A DNA stretch of 64,000 bases from Candidatus Xenobia bacterium (GCA_045863235.1 BTUM01000025.1:23022-87021); one strand, 5' to 3'; counted from the stretch's first letter, positions 18,396 to 28,064 are shown. Numbers and translations: made by a program. The notes: generated by a model not told the origin, from the letters alone.

Positions 18396-18824
18396 TTGAG
18401 AGAGCTGTTGTTGATCGCTTTGTTCTTGTCCGGGTGCGCGGCCGCCCCGGCCAACGGCCCGCCCGAGATTCGCTACGGGCAGGATGAATGCTCGCGCTGC
18501 CGCATGATCGTCGACCAGCCCCGATTCGCCGCTGCCACCCGGCTCGGTGAGGAGGTACGGGTGCTCGACGATCTGGGAGAGCTGTTCGAGCCCCCCGGCC
18601 TGCGGCCGGGTGAGCTGGCCTGGGTGCACGACGCCGAGAGCCAGCAGTGGATCGACGCTCGCTCGGCCTACTACGTCCGTTGTGAGGGGCTGAAAACCCC
18701 TATGGGATACCGATTTCTGGCGACCGGCTCGGCCCCCCAGGCCGAGCTTCTGGCCGCTCGCTATCGGGGAAGAATCCTCCGCTTCGAGCAAGCTCGGGCG
18801 GAAATCGAAGGAGAAAGCCAGTGA
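18396..18824 (+). CDS. nosL: NosL copper-chaperone lipoprotein
   Basis: Lipobox LSGC; C..C.M.V, DDLG, TPMG motifs. Confidence 0.88.
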   Translation: MRELLLIALFLSGCAAAPANGPPEIRYGQDECSRCRMIVDQPRFAAATRLGEEVRVLDDLGELFEPPGLRPGELAWVHDAESQQWIDARSAYYVRCEGLKTPMGYRFLATGSAPQAELLAARYRGRILRFEQARAEIEGESQ

Positions 18825-19246
18825 AACAATCGCTCATCTTATCGCTGCTGGCCGCCTCATTGGCGGCGGCAGGGTGCTCGAGCCCACCAAGCTCGACCGA
18901 CACCACCTCGACCCCGACCGCGACGGGCACCACCGCCGCGACCTCGACACCCGCTCCGGTGGCCAGGGCCGCCGATCCGGCCAAAGGCAAGACCGCCTAC
19001 GACGGCACCTGCACCGCCTGTCACGGTCCCGACGGCAAGGGCGTCGAGGGGCTGGGCAAGCCGCTGGTGGGCAGCGCCATGCTGGGGTTGAAAGATGAGG
19101 ACCTGGTGGCTTTCATCGTCAAGGGCCGGCCTCCCACCGATACCGCCAACACCACCGGCATCGACATGCCGCCCCGGGGCGGCAACCCGGCTCTGACCGA
19201 TCAGGACATCGCCGATGTCGTGGCCTATATGCGCACCTTGAAGTAG
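18821..19246 (+). CDS. Monoheme cytochrome c lipoprotein (likely electron donor to NosZ)
   Basis: Lipobox AAAGC, Thr/Pro linker, CTACH, distal MPPRGG. Confidence 0.9.
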   Translation: MKQSLILSLLAASLAAAGCSSPPSSTDTTSTPTATGTTAATSTPAPVARAADPAKGKTAYDGTCTACHGPDGKGVEGLGKPLVGSAMLGLKDEDLVAFIVKGRPPTDTANTTGIDMPPRGGNPALTDQDIADVVAYMRTLK

Positions 19247-19522
19247 GTTGGTGGCCCGGCCGGGGGGGGCGGGCCGGCCGATCCATCGATAGCATCAAGT
19301 CCGAGTGCTCCAGTGGAAGCAGTCGGATACTTCCTGTTGTCCGCAGCAGGCCGTCCCGCGGGCAGTCCCCCAGGGCACGGTGAAGGAGCCCCACGTTGAA
19401 CGTTTCAGGAATTGGCGCGGCGCCGTCCAGAAGATTCCCGCGCGTTCTGATTCTGAACAGGTCACCGCGTGAGAGTGTAGCAGGAGTTCTCCGTCTGGCA
19501 GATAACCGCTTTCCAATTTTGC

Positions 19523-20893
19523 TTGCCCGGGGGTGGTCGTACGTTGACTCCCACTAGCTGGCTGAGGCTGGTCGTGCTGGTGCTTGTGCTGCTCTCGTCG
19601 GCCCCGGCTCAGGAGAGCGTTCTGACCCTGGAGCAGGCCATTGATCTCGCTCTGCAGGGGAACCGCAAGATTCAGAGCGCTCGCCTGGCGGTGGAACGAA
19701 ACGACCACCTGCTCCAGGCGGCTGAGGCCCAGCGACTGCCGAGTTTCAGCCTGCAGGCCAACCACCAGCGCCAGCTCGAAGACCAGAACTTCGTGTTCCA
19801 GCAGGGAAGCCTGGGTACCTACAGCATCGGGCCTATCCCCTCTCAGGACACGGTCGTGGCCGTTCTGAGCGGCTCGATCACGACCTATCAGGCCCAGGTG
19901 GCCCAGCCTCTCACCGGTCTTTACAAGCTCAACCTGGGAGTGGACCTGCAGCAGGGCGAGCTGGAGGTGGCCCGGGAGGAGGAGCATCTCCAGCGGCTTC
20001 AGACCGTACTGGAGGTTCGCTCGGCCTACTACGCCCTGCTCGATACGCAGAGCGGCCTGGTGGCAGCCCGCGACGGGGTGGAGTTTCTCACCGAGCTCGA
20101 GCGGGTGATGGGCGAGTTCGTCCGCGAGAAGGTGGCTCTGAAGGCCGACCTGCTGGAGGTGCAGGCTCGTCGCCTGGAGGCCCAGGCCCAGGTGCTGCAG
20201 CTCGAGAACGCCCTCCAGACCCGGTGCGAGCAGCTCAATTTGTTGCTGGGTCGAGAGCTGGCCACGCGCTTTTCGGTCGTGGACCCGCTGGTGACTCGGA
20301 GGCCCTCCCCGCCGCTCGAGAGCCTGCAGCAGAAAGCCCTCTCGGGACGCCCCGAGTTGCGCCAGGCCGACATCCGCGTGCAGCAGGCCGAGCAGCAGCG
20401 GGACCTGAAGGCCGCCGACTGGATTCCCGATGTCAATCTGGCCTTTCAGTATCAGCGCTTCTCCGACAGCGGCATTCTTCCCGATCAGGTGATCTCGGTC
20501 GGCCTGCAGGCCGAGTGGGAGCCCTGGGACTGGGGCCGGCGAGGTCACCAGGCGGCCGCCCACAGCGCAGGCCTGGAGGCCGCGCGAAGATCCCAGGCCG
20601 AGGCTCGTGACCAGATCGTGCTGGAGGTCAACGCCAAATACCGCCAGTTGAGCGAGCTGCGGGCGGGAGAAGCCGCGGCTCGGGTGGCCCGCGAGGCCGC
20701 CGAGGAGCGGCTGCGCGTGGCCACCAGCCGCTTTCTGCTCAAGGCTGCCCTGCTCAAGGACGTGCTCGAGGCCCAGGCCCAGCTCTCCCGCGCTCAACGC
20801 GACTACCGCAAGGTGGTGCTCGACTGCGCCACCGCCGAGGCAGAGCTCGAGCGGGCCGTGGGCCAGCCGCTGGCCGAAGGGGGGGCTCCGTGA
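19523..20893 (+). CDS. TolC-family outer-membrane efflux protein
   Basis: Signal peptide, LTLEQAIDLAL..N, two helical repeats; first gene of a TolC-MFP-RND operon; start uncertain. Confidence 0.88.
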   Translation: MPGGGRTLTPTSWLRLVVLVLVLLSSAPAQESVLTLEQAIDLALQGNRKIQSARLAVERNDHLLQAAEAQRLPSFSLQANHQRQLEDQNFVFQQGSLGTYSIGPIPSQDTVVAVLSGSITTYQAQVAQPLTGLYKLNLGVDLQQGELEVAREEEHLQRLQTVLEVRSAYYALLDTQSGLVAARDGVEFLTELERVMGEFVREKVALKADLLEVQARRLEAQAQVLQLENALQTRCEQLNLLLGRELATRFSVVDPLVTRRPSPPLESLQQKALSGRPELRQADIRVQQAEQQRDLKAADWIPDVNLAFQYQRFSDSGILPDQVISVGLQAEWEPWDWGRRGHQAAAHSAGLEAARRSQAEARDQIVLEVNAKYRQLSELRAGEAAARVAREAAEERLRVATSRFLLKAALLKDVLEAQAQLSRAQRDYRKVVLDCATAEAELERAVGQPLAEGGAP

Positions 20894-22323
20894 GAAGAGT
20901 GCTCCTTTGTGCGCTGGCTCTCTGGCTCTGCGGTTGCTCGGGTCCGCCCCCTCCTCCCTCGGGCAAGGCCGCCACGCTGGTGCAGGTCGAGAAGCTCGAG
21001 GAGCGGGCCAGCACGGCCGGTGGGGAGCGCTACAGCGCCAGCGTCGAGCCTTCCACCCGGGTGGTGGTCAACTTCAACTCCGGGGGCTACGTGGAGAGCG
21101 TGCGCCGGGTGGGCGACCGCTTGATCCAGCCGGGCGATCCGGTGAAGAAGGGCGAGGTCCTGTGCAGCCTGCGAGCCGTCGACTTCTCCTCGCGGCTCGA
21201 GCAGGCCGGTGCTCAGGTGGGCCGGGCCGAGGCTCAGGAGCAGGACGCCCGGGCCCAGATCGAAGAGGCCCGGGGAGGCAGTCGCCTGGCCCGGGGACAG
21301 TTGACTGAAGCACGTGGGGCTGAATCTCAAGCCCGCTCAGCCCTGGGCGAGCTCGAGGCAACCCTGGCCCAGGCCCGCGAGGCCGTGCGTGAGGCGCGCG
21401 CTGCCACCGAGCTGGCCCGAACCAACCTGGAGCGCTCTCAGAGCCTGTTCGAGTCGGGCTCGCTGGTCAAGCCGGAGCTCGACCAGGCCCGTTTCAATCA
21501 CCAGCAGGCCAGCGTGCGCCTGGCTCAAGCCGAGGAGCAGCTCAAGGGGGCGCAGTCGCGACTGGCCCAGGGGAGGGCCCAGGTCGAGCAGGCTCGGGGC
21601 CGGGTGGAGCAAGCCTCCGGACAGGTGGAGGTGAGCCTGGCCAGGGAAAAGCGCTCGACGGCCGGAGTCCAGGCGGCCAGCTCCGATCTCGAGTCGGCCC
21701 GGGCCCAGTGGGAGCAGACCCGCCTGGCCCAGATGGATGCCTCGCTCAAAGCTCCGATGGACGGTGTCCTCCTGAGCCGCAGCGTGGAGGTGGGAGCCCT
21801 GGTGGCGCCTGGCGCGCCGGGCTTTGAGGTGGCCGAGGTGAGCCAGGTGCGCGTCACGTTCGGGGTTCCCGACCTGGAGGTGGCCGAGCTCAAGCTCGGA
21901 CAGAGCGTCACCATCGGCACGCAGTCGCTGCCCGGAGAGAAATTCCAGGGGCGGGTCAGCACCATCTACCCCGAGGCCGATCCGCAGAGCCGGGTGTTTC
22001 GAGTCGAGGTCAAGGTGAGCAATCCGGACCAGAAGCTGAAGGTGGGCATGATCGCTTCGCTCTACCTGGGCGGCGGTGCTCAGAGCGTTCTCACCATCCC
22101 CATCGCGGCCATCGTCCGCCGGCCGGACGCAAGAGACAAGTTCTCGGTCTACGTGCTCGAGCGTCAGGGTGGGCGAAGCATCGCCCGTCTGCGGCCGGTG
22201 GAGCTCGGCGATCCGACCGGCGACCGCATGATCGTGGTCTCGGGCCTGAAGCCCGGGGATGAGGTGATCGCCGCCGGCTCCAACATGATCTCCGATGGCG
22301 AAGAGGTCACGGTGCAGCCCTGA
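20890..22323 (+). CDS. RND membrane-fusion protein with a long coiled-coil hairpin
   Basis: Lipoprotein-like N-terminus; GDPVKKGEVL, LKAPMDG, ADPQSRVF.V, LKVGM, SGLKPGDEVI. Confidence 0.9.
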   Translation: MRRVLLCALALWLCGCSGPPPPPSGKAATLVQVEKLEERASTAGGERYSASVEPSTRVVVNFNSGGYVESVRRVGDRLIQPGDPVKKGEVLCSLRAVDFSSRLEQAGAQVGRAEAQEQDARAQIEEARGGSRLARGQLTEARGAESQARSALGELEATLAQAREAVREARAATELARTNLERSQSLFESGSLVKPELDQARFNHQQASVRLAQAEEQLKGAQSRLAQGRAQVEQARGRVEQASGQVEVSLAREKRSTAGVQAASSDLESARAQWEQTRLAQMDASLKAPMDGVLLSRSVEVGALVAPGAPGFEVAEVSQVRVTFGVPDLEVAELKLGQSVTIGTQSLPGEKFQGRVSTIYPEADPQSRVFRVEVKVSNPDQKLKVGMIASLYLGGGAQSVLTIPIAAIVRRPDARDKFSVYVLERQGGRSIARLRPVELGDPTGDRMIVVSGLKPGDEVIAAGSNMISDGEEVTVQP

Positions 22324-25300
22324 TGAGCCACGGCCGCTCCGACGAAGAGCTCATCGCAAGCACCCACAACTCCTCGCGCTTTTTTGTCGAGCAGCGACAG
22401 ATCGCCTGGGTGCTGCTGATCTTCACCATTCTTGGAGGGCTCTACGGCTTCCGGGCCATGCCTCAGCGCAAGGACCCGGACATCCCGGTGCGGCGGGCCG
22501 TGGCCCTGATCCCCTGGCCCGGCAACTCGGCCGAGCGAGTGGAGCAGCTCGTGACCAGGCCGGTCGAGGAGGCGGTCTCCCAGAACACCTACGTGACCGA
22601 AGTCGAGTCTATCTCGCGCACCAATCTCAGCATCGTCTACCTCGATCTCGACGAGAACCTCGAGGATACTGGCAAGCAGTTCGATGACGTCAAGATGAAG
22701 CTCGAGGGGGTGCAGCTCCCGGCCGGGGCGGGCCCGATCCAGTTCGTCAAAGACTTCGGGGATACGGCCGCCCTGATGCTGACCGTGGCCAGCCCCCCCC
22801 TCTCCGACCAGGAGATCGAGCTGCGCTCTCAGGCCATCGAGCGGGCCATCCGCGAGCATCGGGGCAAGGCCGCTGCCGACCCGGCCCGCTTCACGCTGGT
22901 GGCCTGCTTCCCCGAGTCGACCGACGAGCGCCTGCTCGCCCTGGTGGTGGCCGACTTCCTCTCCTTCACCCGCGAGCGTGGGGTGGCCAGCGACCTGAGC
23001 GTCTTCGGCGGGCCGGGCTACGTGGCCGTGGATGGTCGTTCCAAACTGTCTGACGAGGCGCTGCTTGGCCATCTGCTCACCTTTACCCAGGAGCGGCTCA
23101 AGCTCGAGGAGCTGCACCCCGACCTCTGGGAGGCGGCCGTGATCCGCACGCCCTCCGAGACGCGCGAGAAGCTGGCTCTGGTGGCGGGAGACAAGTACAG
23201 CTATCGCGAGCTCGACCAGCTGACCGAGGCCCTGGCTGACCGGCTGCGCACCGTTCCCGATGCCACCAAGGTGGAGCGCGCCGGGGTGCTCGAGGAGCGC
23301 ATCTTTCTGGTCTACAGCCAGGAGCGCCTGGCCAGTTACGGCATGAGCGTGGCCGGCCTGGCTGACCTGCTCGGCGCGCGCAACATCGCAACCGGTGGGG
23401 GAGAGACCCAGAGCGGGGGCAGCGTGGTTCCCCTGGCTCCCTCCGGTGAGTTCCGCAGCGAGAAAGAGATCGGCGACGTGGCCATCGCCCAGGAGAAGGG
23501 CTCCCCCGTCTACCTGCGCGACCTGGTCAGCATCGATCGCTCCTACGAAAGCCCGGCCACCTACCTCAACTTCCTCACCTGGCGTGACGACAAGGGTGTG
23601 TGGCACCGCAATCGGGCCATCACGCTCACGGTGCAGATGCGGCCCGGCAAGAAGATCGGCGACTTCGGCCGCGAGGTGGACGAGGTGCTCGCGGCCGCCA
23701 GCCGCGAGCTTCCCCCTGACCTGATCATCCGGCGCACCTCCGATCAGCCGCTTCAGGTAACCGAGAACATCAGCCTCTTCATGCGCTGCCTGCTGGAGGC
23801 CATCGCGCTGGTGGTGCTGATCAGCCTGGTGGGGTTCTGGGAGTGGCGCTCGGCCCTGGTCATGGCCCTGGCCATCCCCATCACCCTGGCCATGACGTTT
23901 CTTTTCATGGCGGTCTGCGGCATCGACCTGCAGCAGGTCTCCATCGCCGCTCTGATCCTGGCTCTGGGGCTCCTGGTGGACGACCCGGTGGTGGCCGGGG
24001 ACGCCATCAAGAACGAGCTGGGACGAGGGCATCCCCAGGCCATCGCCGCCTGGCTGGGCCCCACCCGCCTCGCCACGGCCATCCTCTATGCCACCATCAC
24101 CAACATCGTGGCCTATCTCCCCTTCCTGCTCTTGAGCGGCGACACGGGGCGGTTTTTGTACAGCCTGCCGGTGGTCATCACCTGCTCGCTGGTCGCCTCG
24201 CGGCTGGTCTCCATGACCTTCATCCCTCTGCTGGGCTACTACTTGTTGCGCCCCACCCGCGAGCTTCCCGTGCACCAGCGTCGGGAGCACGGCTACGCCC
24301 GGGTCTACTACCGGGTGGCCCGCTGGTGCGTCACCCACCGCTGGCGGGTGATGGCCCTCTCGGGCCTGCTGCTGGCCCTGGGCGCAGGTCTCTTCTTGCA
24401 GCTCGAGACCCAGTTCTTCCCCAAGGACCTGCAGTATCTGTCCTATCTCGAGCTGCGACTGCCCATGGACCGCACCCTGGTCAGCACCAACCGCGAGGCC
24501 CTCCAGGCCGAGCAGCTGGTGCGGGAGGCGGCCAGCGAGCTGGAGGCTCGCCTGGGACGCAAGGTGCTCAAGAACATGACCACTTTCCTGGGAGGAGGGG
24601 GCCCGCGCTTCTGGTTCTCGGTGGAGCCCGAGCTCAAGCAGCTCTACTATGCCCAGATCATCATTGAGGTCGAGGACAAGCGCGATACCGTGCCGCTTCT
24701 GGAGGCCGTCAGCGCCCGCACCGACCGGGCTTTCCCCGGGGTGCAGGTGGATGCGCGCCAGCTCGAGACCGGCAAGCCCATCGGTGTGCCGGTAGCCCTG
24801 CGTCTCACCGGCCAGGACCTGCACCAGCTGCGCGCTGCCGCCGAGCAGCTCAAGAGCCTGCTCAGAAAGTGCCCCCTGGCCACCCGGGTGCGCGACGACT
24901 GGGGCGAGGAGGGGATGGTGCTCGAGGTCGTGACCGATTCCGACCGGGCCAACCTGGCCGGGGTGACCCATCTGGACGTGGCCCAGTCTACCGCCGCTGC
25001 CCTGAGCGGCACTCCGGTCACGGTGCTGCGCGAGGGGGACCGCCAGATCCCGGTGGTGGCCCGGATGCGGATGGACGAGCGGGCCCAGCTGTCCGACCTT
25101 CGTAACCTGTACGTCTATTCCAGCCAGGGTCAGCAGAAGGTGCGGCTCGGCCAGGTGGCTCTGGTCGAGCTCAAGCTCGAGCCCCAGATGGTCCGCCGGC
25201 GGCGCTTCGCGCGGGCCCTGACGGTGGGGGCCTTTCCGATAGCCGGCCACCTGCCTTCCGAGATCATCCGGGCCATCGAGCCCGAGCTGAAGGAGCTGCG

Positions 25301-25970
25301 CCTGGGCCCGGGGGTCAAGCTGGAGGTGGCCGGCGAGCAGGAGGAGCAGCAGAAGAGCTTTGCCGAGCTGGCAGTGGTGATGGCCATCAGCATGGCCGGG
25401 ATCTTCCTGGCTCTGGTCTTTCAGTTCAAGAGTGCGCTCAAGCCCATCTTAGTATATGCGGGCATCCCCTTCGGCTTCGTGGGAGCCATCGCCGCCCTGT
25501 GGGTGATGAATTCTCCTTTCGGGTTCATGGCCTTCCTGGGCATCGCCGCCCTGGTGGGCGTGATCGTGAGCCACATCATCGTTCTGTTTGATTACATCGA
25601 GGAGATGCAGGCCGAGGGCGCCTGCTTCATGGACGCCCTGCTCGACGCGGGCATGGCCCGCCTGCGGCCGGTGCTCATCACGGTGGGGGCCACGGTCTTC
25701 GCGATGTTCCCGCTGGTCCACAGCGGCGGCCCGCTGTGGGAGCCGCTCTGCTACACCCAGATCGGCGGGTTGACCGTGGCCACCTGTGTCACGCTGCTGC
25801 TGGTTCCGGTCATGTACTCCATCTTTGTCCTGGATTGGAAGATCCTCCGCTGGGAGGGCCCCCTGCTGCCGGCTGAGCCAGCCCCTGAAGCCGTTGAGTC
25901 TGTTGCACCCGAGGGCGCAGAGCCGGCCCCGGAAGCTGCCAAGCCTGAGCCCGAGGCAGGTGAGCCCTGA
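22323..25970 (+). CDS. RND (AcrB/AcrD/AcrF family) efflux permease, 1215 aa
   Basis: RND topology; GLLVDDPVV, RLRPVLIT, QFFP motifs. Confidence 0.92.
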   Translation: MSHGRSDEELIASTHNSSRFFVEQRQIAWVLLIFTILGGLYGFRAMPQRKDPDIPVRRAVALIPWPGNSAERVEQLVTRPVEEAVSQNTYVTEVESISRTNLSIVYLDLDENLEDTGKQFDDVKMKLEGVQLPAGAGPIQFVKDFGDTAALMLTVASPPLSDQEIELRSQAIERAIREHRGKAAADPARFTLVACFPESTDERLLALVVADFLSFTRERGVASDLSVFGGPGYVAVDGRSKLSDEALLGHLLTFTQERLKLEELHPDLWEAAVIRTPSETREKLALVAGDKYSYRELDQLTEALADRLRTVPDATKVERAGVLEERIFLVYSQERLASYGMSVAGLADLLGARNIATGGGETQSGGSVVPLAPSGEFRSEKEIGDVAIAQEKGSPVYLRDLVSIDRSYESPATYLNFLTWRDDKGVWHRNRAITLTVQMRPGKKIGDFGREVDEVLAAASRELPPDLIIRRTSDQPLQVTENISLFMRCLLEAIALVVLISLVGFWEWRSALVMALAIPITLAMTFLFMAVCGIDLQQVSIAALILALGLLVDDPVVAGDAIKNELGRGHPQAIAAWLGPTRLATAILYATITNIVAYLPFLLLSGDTGRFLYSLPVVITCSLVASRLVSMTFIPLLGYYLLRPTRELPVHQRREHGYARVYYRVARWCVTHRWRVMALSGLLLALGAGLFLQLETQFFPKDLQYLSYLELRLPMDRTLVSTNREALQAEQLVREAASELEARLGRKVLKNMTTFLGGGGPRFWFSVEPELKQLYYAQIIIEVEDKRDTVPLLEAVSARTDRAFPGVQVDARQLETGKPIGVPVALRLTGQDLHQLRAAAEQLKSLLRKCPLATRVRDDWGEEGMVLEVVTDSDRANLAGVTHLDVAQSTAAALSGTPVTVLREGDRQIPVVARMRMDERAQLSDLRNLYVYSSQGQQKVRLGQVALVELKLEPQMVRRRRFARALTVGAFPIAGHLPSEIIRAIEPELKELRLGPGVKLEVAGEQEEQQKSFAELAVVMAISMAGIFLALVFQFKSALKPILVYAGIPFGFVGAIAALWVMNSPFGFMAFLGIAALVGVIVSHIIVLFDYIEEMQAEGACFMDALLDAGMARLRPVLITVGATVFAMFPLVHSGGPLWEPLCYTQIGGLTVATCVTLLLVPVMYSIFVLDWKILRWEGPLLPAEPAPEAVESVAPEGAEPAPEAAKPEPEAGEP

Positions 25971-26722
25971 GACGGCGCCTCGGCTTGCTGGCACTCGGCC
26001 TCCTGTTGACCTGGGTGCCCGGCCCGGTGACGGCCGACCCGTCGAGCGATCAGGTCCACCAGCTCGACGGCTCGACCCTGGTGCTGGTTCCGGCCGGGAG
26101 CTTTCTCATGGGCTCGAGCGCGGGCTCTCTGGATCAGCGTCCCGCCCGCCAGGTCAAGCTGCCCGCTTACTACATCGGCAAGCACGAGGTGACCAACCAG
26201 CAGTTTCGCAGGTTTCTCCAGGCCACCGGGACACCCGCCCCCGAGTCCTGGGCCCGGGCTGCCGACCGCTGGGGGGAGAGGGCCCCGGCCCTCTATCTTT
26301 CCTACTTCGATGCCCGGGCCTATTGCGACTGGGCCGGGCTGCGACTTCCCGACGAGGCGGAGTGGGAGCGGGCCGCCCGGGGCACCGATGGCCGTCGTTT
26401 TCCTTGGGGCAATGCCTTCGAGCTCACGCGCTGCCAGTGTGCCGCCGAGGGACCGGCCCCGGTGGACGCCCACCCCGAGGGAGCCTCGCCCTCGGGCTGT
26501 CTGGACATGGCCGGCAACGCATGGGAGTGGACCGACTCGTGGTATGACGCCTATCCTGGCTCGAGCTGGCGCTGCGATGAGTTCGGGAAGAAATTCCGGG
26601 TGCTGCGCGGAGGCTGCTGGCAGCATCGCAGCGCGGACTTTCTGGCAGTCTCCCAGCGCAGCTACAACCTGGCCGCCTCGCGCCTGGAGCCCTCCGGCTT
26701 TCGGGTGGCCCGCAACCTGTGA
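25967..26722 (+). CDS. Secreted FGE-sulfatase (SUMF1/EgtB/PvdO) domain protein
   Basis: VPAGSFLMGS, EVTN.QF, RLP.EAEWERAARG, DMAGNAWEW, VLRGG.W, GFR; lacks the catalytic Cys pair of true FGE; start CTG 25967 or TTG 25985. Confidence 0.85.
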   Translation: MRRRLGLLALGLLLTWVPGPVTADPSSDQVHQLDGSTLVLVPAGSFLMGSSAGSLDQRPARQVKLPAYYIGKHEVTNQQFRRFLQATGTPAPESWARAADRWGERAPALYLSYFDARAYCDWAGLRLPDEAEWERAARGTDGRRFPWGNAFELTRCQCAAEGPAPVDAHPEGASPSGCLDMAGNAWEWTDSWYDAYPGSSWRCDEFGKKFRVLRGGCWQHRSADFLAVSQRSYNLAASRLEPSGFRVARNL

Positions 26723-26729
26723 TGGAAGT

Positions 26730-26743
26730 TTGATGCTCATCAT
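26730..26743 (+). promoter_or_regulatory. Crp/Fnr-type box TTGAT-GCTC-ATCAT upstream of the radical SAM cluster
   Basis: 23 nt to -10-like CAGGCT (26767-26772). Confidence 0.55.
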
Positions 26744-26788
26744 AGCCGCCCGGGGGAGGGGTCCCTCAGGCTGGCGCAATCATGGCTC

Positions 26789-26895
26789 TAAAGTGCAAGG
26801 CCTTTGGTTTTGCACTTTACAACGCGCTGGAACGCAGTTCCGGCGCGTTCGTCAGATTGTGCTAATGTGCAAAACCAAAGTGCGAGCACATTAGC
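26789..26895 (+). promoter_or_regulatory. Structured leader: three hairpins plus an alternative 14-bp long-range stem (candidate RNA switch or paired operator)
   Basis: TAAAGTGCAA/TTGCACTTTA; AACGCGCTGGAAC/GTTCCGGCGCGTT; GCTAATGTGC/GCACATTAGC; CTTTGGTTTTGCAC(26802)/GTGCAAAACCAAAG(26867). Confidence 0.55.
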
Positions 26896-27991
26896 CGCAG
26901 TCACCTCCAGGCCCTTCTCGTCCCGGCTGGTCGCCGTGGTCAAGCTGGTCGAGGCGTGCAACCTGGCTTGTGCTTACTGCTATCAGTCCGGACGCCTCAA
27001 CGCCGGCCAGGTCATGGAAGATCAGACCCTGGGTCGGGTGCTCGCCGAGCTTCACCGGGTGACCTCGGGTCCGGCCAGCCTGCTCTGGTATGGCGGCGAG
27101 CCGACCCTGGTTGGCCTGGGCAGGTTCTCGGCCATCGTCGCCCGGGCCGACGAGCTTTTTTCGCGACGGGGTGGGGTCGCCCACTCGCTGCAGACCAACG
27201 CAGTGTTGATCGACGAGGAGTGGGCCGACTTTCTGGCTTGCAGGAGCTTCGGGGTCTCCTTGAGCCTGGATGGGCCGGCCCAACTGCACGATGCCGCCCG
27301 TCCCAGGGCCGGCGGCGCGGGTAGCCATGCGGCTGTCGAGCGGGCGCTCGGTTGCCTGCAGAGGGCCGGGTTGAAGCCTCGGGCAGCCTGCGTGGTCGAC
27401 CGCCACACGCTGGACTTCCCCGAGTTGCTGGTCGACTATTTTCACTCTCTGGGGCTCCACGAAATCGACTTTCCTCCGGCCCTGCGGGCCGGGCCAGGGG
27501 GCCTGGAGGCCCGCGTCACAGCCCTGGAGTATGGCCGCTTTATGACGCGCGTCCTGGATAGGTGGCTGGCCCTGGGCCAGCCGAATTTTCGCATCCGCAG
27601 CCTGGCCGGAGTGGTTCGCAAGCTGGCTGGCCTGTCGAGCTCTGTGTGCAAGCTGGAAGGTGACTGCTCGAGTTACGTCACCTTCGCGCACAACGGCGAT
27701 GTGTACCCTTGCGACGAGTTTTCGGCTTTCCCCGAGACCCGCCTGGGCAACGTGCGCGAGAGCCCCCTGGACTCGATCCTCGCAGCCCCCGAGGCCCGGA
27801 CGCTCTACTCGTCCTGGGCTGTTGTGCCCGAGGAATGCTCGGATTGTCGCTGGAGAGAGATGTGCCGTGGCAGCTGCCCGTTCGAGCGGAAGATGGCCGG
27901 CGGGGTCGATCGTCCTTCCATCCTGTGCGACGGCCTCAAACTGATCTTCGAGCGGGTCGACGACATCCTTCGGGCCGCCCGGAAAACATGA
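26867..27991 (+). CDS. Radical SAM/SPASM protein, anSME/GrrM-like
   Basis: CNLACAYC, WYGGEP, QTNA, SLDGP..LHD..R; SPASM CKLEGDC...NGDVYPC...CSDC...CRGSCP...C; start uncertain (ORF open from 26804). Confidence 0.9.
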   Translation: MQNQSASTLAAVTSRPFSSRLVAVVKLVEACNLACAYCYQSGRLNAGQVMEDQTLGRVLAELHRVTSGPASLLWYGGEPTLVGLGRFSAIVARADELFSRRGGVAHSLQTNAVLIDEEWADFLACRSFGVSLSLDGPAQLHDAARPRAGGAGSHAAVERALGCLQRAGLKPRAACVVDRHTLDFPELLVDYFHSLGLHEIDFPPALRAGPGGLEARVTALEYGRFMTRVLDRWLALGQPNFRIRSLAGVVRKLAGLSSSVCKLEGDCSSYVTFAHNGDVYPCDEFSAFPETRLGNVRESPLDSILAAPEARTLYSSWAVVPEECSDCRWREMCRGSCPFERKMAGGVDRPSILCDGLKLIFERVDDILRAARKT

Positions 27992-28001
27992 CTATCGTCA
28001 G
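27988..28001 (+). promoter_or_regulatory. Crp/Fnr-type box ATGAC-TATC-GTCAG upstream of the 552-aa orphan gene
   Basis: 23 nt to -10 TACGAT (28025-28030); SD GGAGG then ATG 28065. Confidence 0.6.
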
Positions 28002-28064
28002 AGACTTCCCTGGCTGATTCTTGCTACGATGTCCCAAAGGCCATCGGAGGGAGCTTGATTTGCT

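Noticed and set aside
26782..26865. 27-aa uORF MALKCKAFGFALYNALERSSGAFVRLC as the RiPP precursor
   Set aside because: No SD, AT-rich codons unlike real genes here, and the sequence is explained by the hairpin structure; kept only as a possible leader peptide.
25967..27991. Sulfatase maturation locus (FGE plus anSME)
   Set aside because: No sulfatase gene is present nearby, the 552-aa protein has no C/S-x-P-x-R motif, and the FGE-fold protein lacks the catalytic Cys pair.
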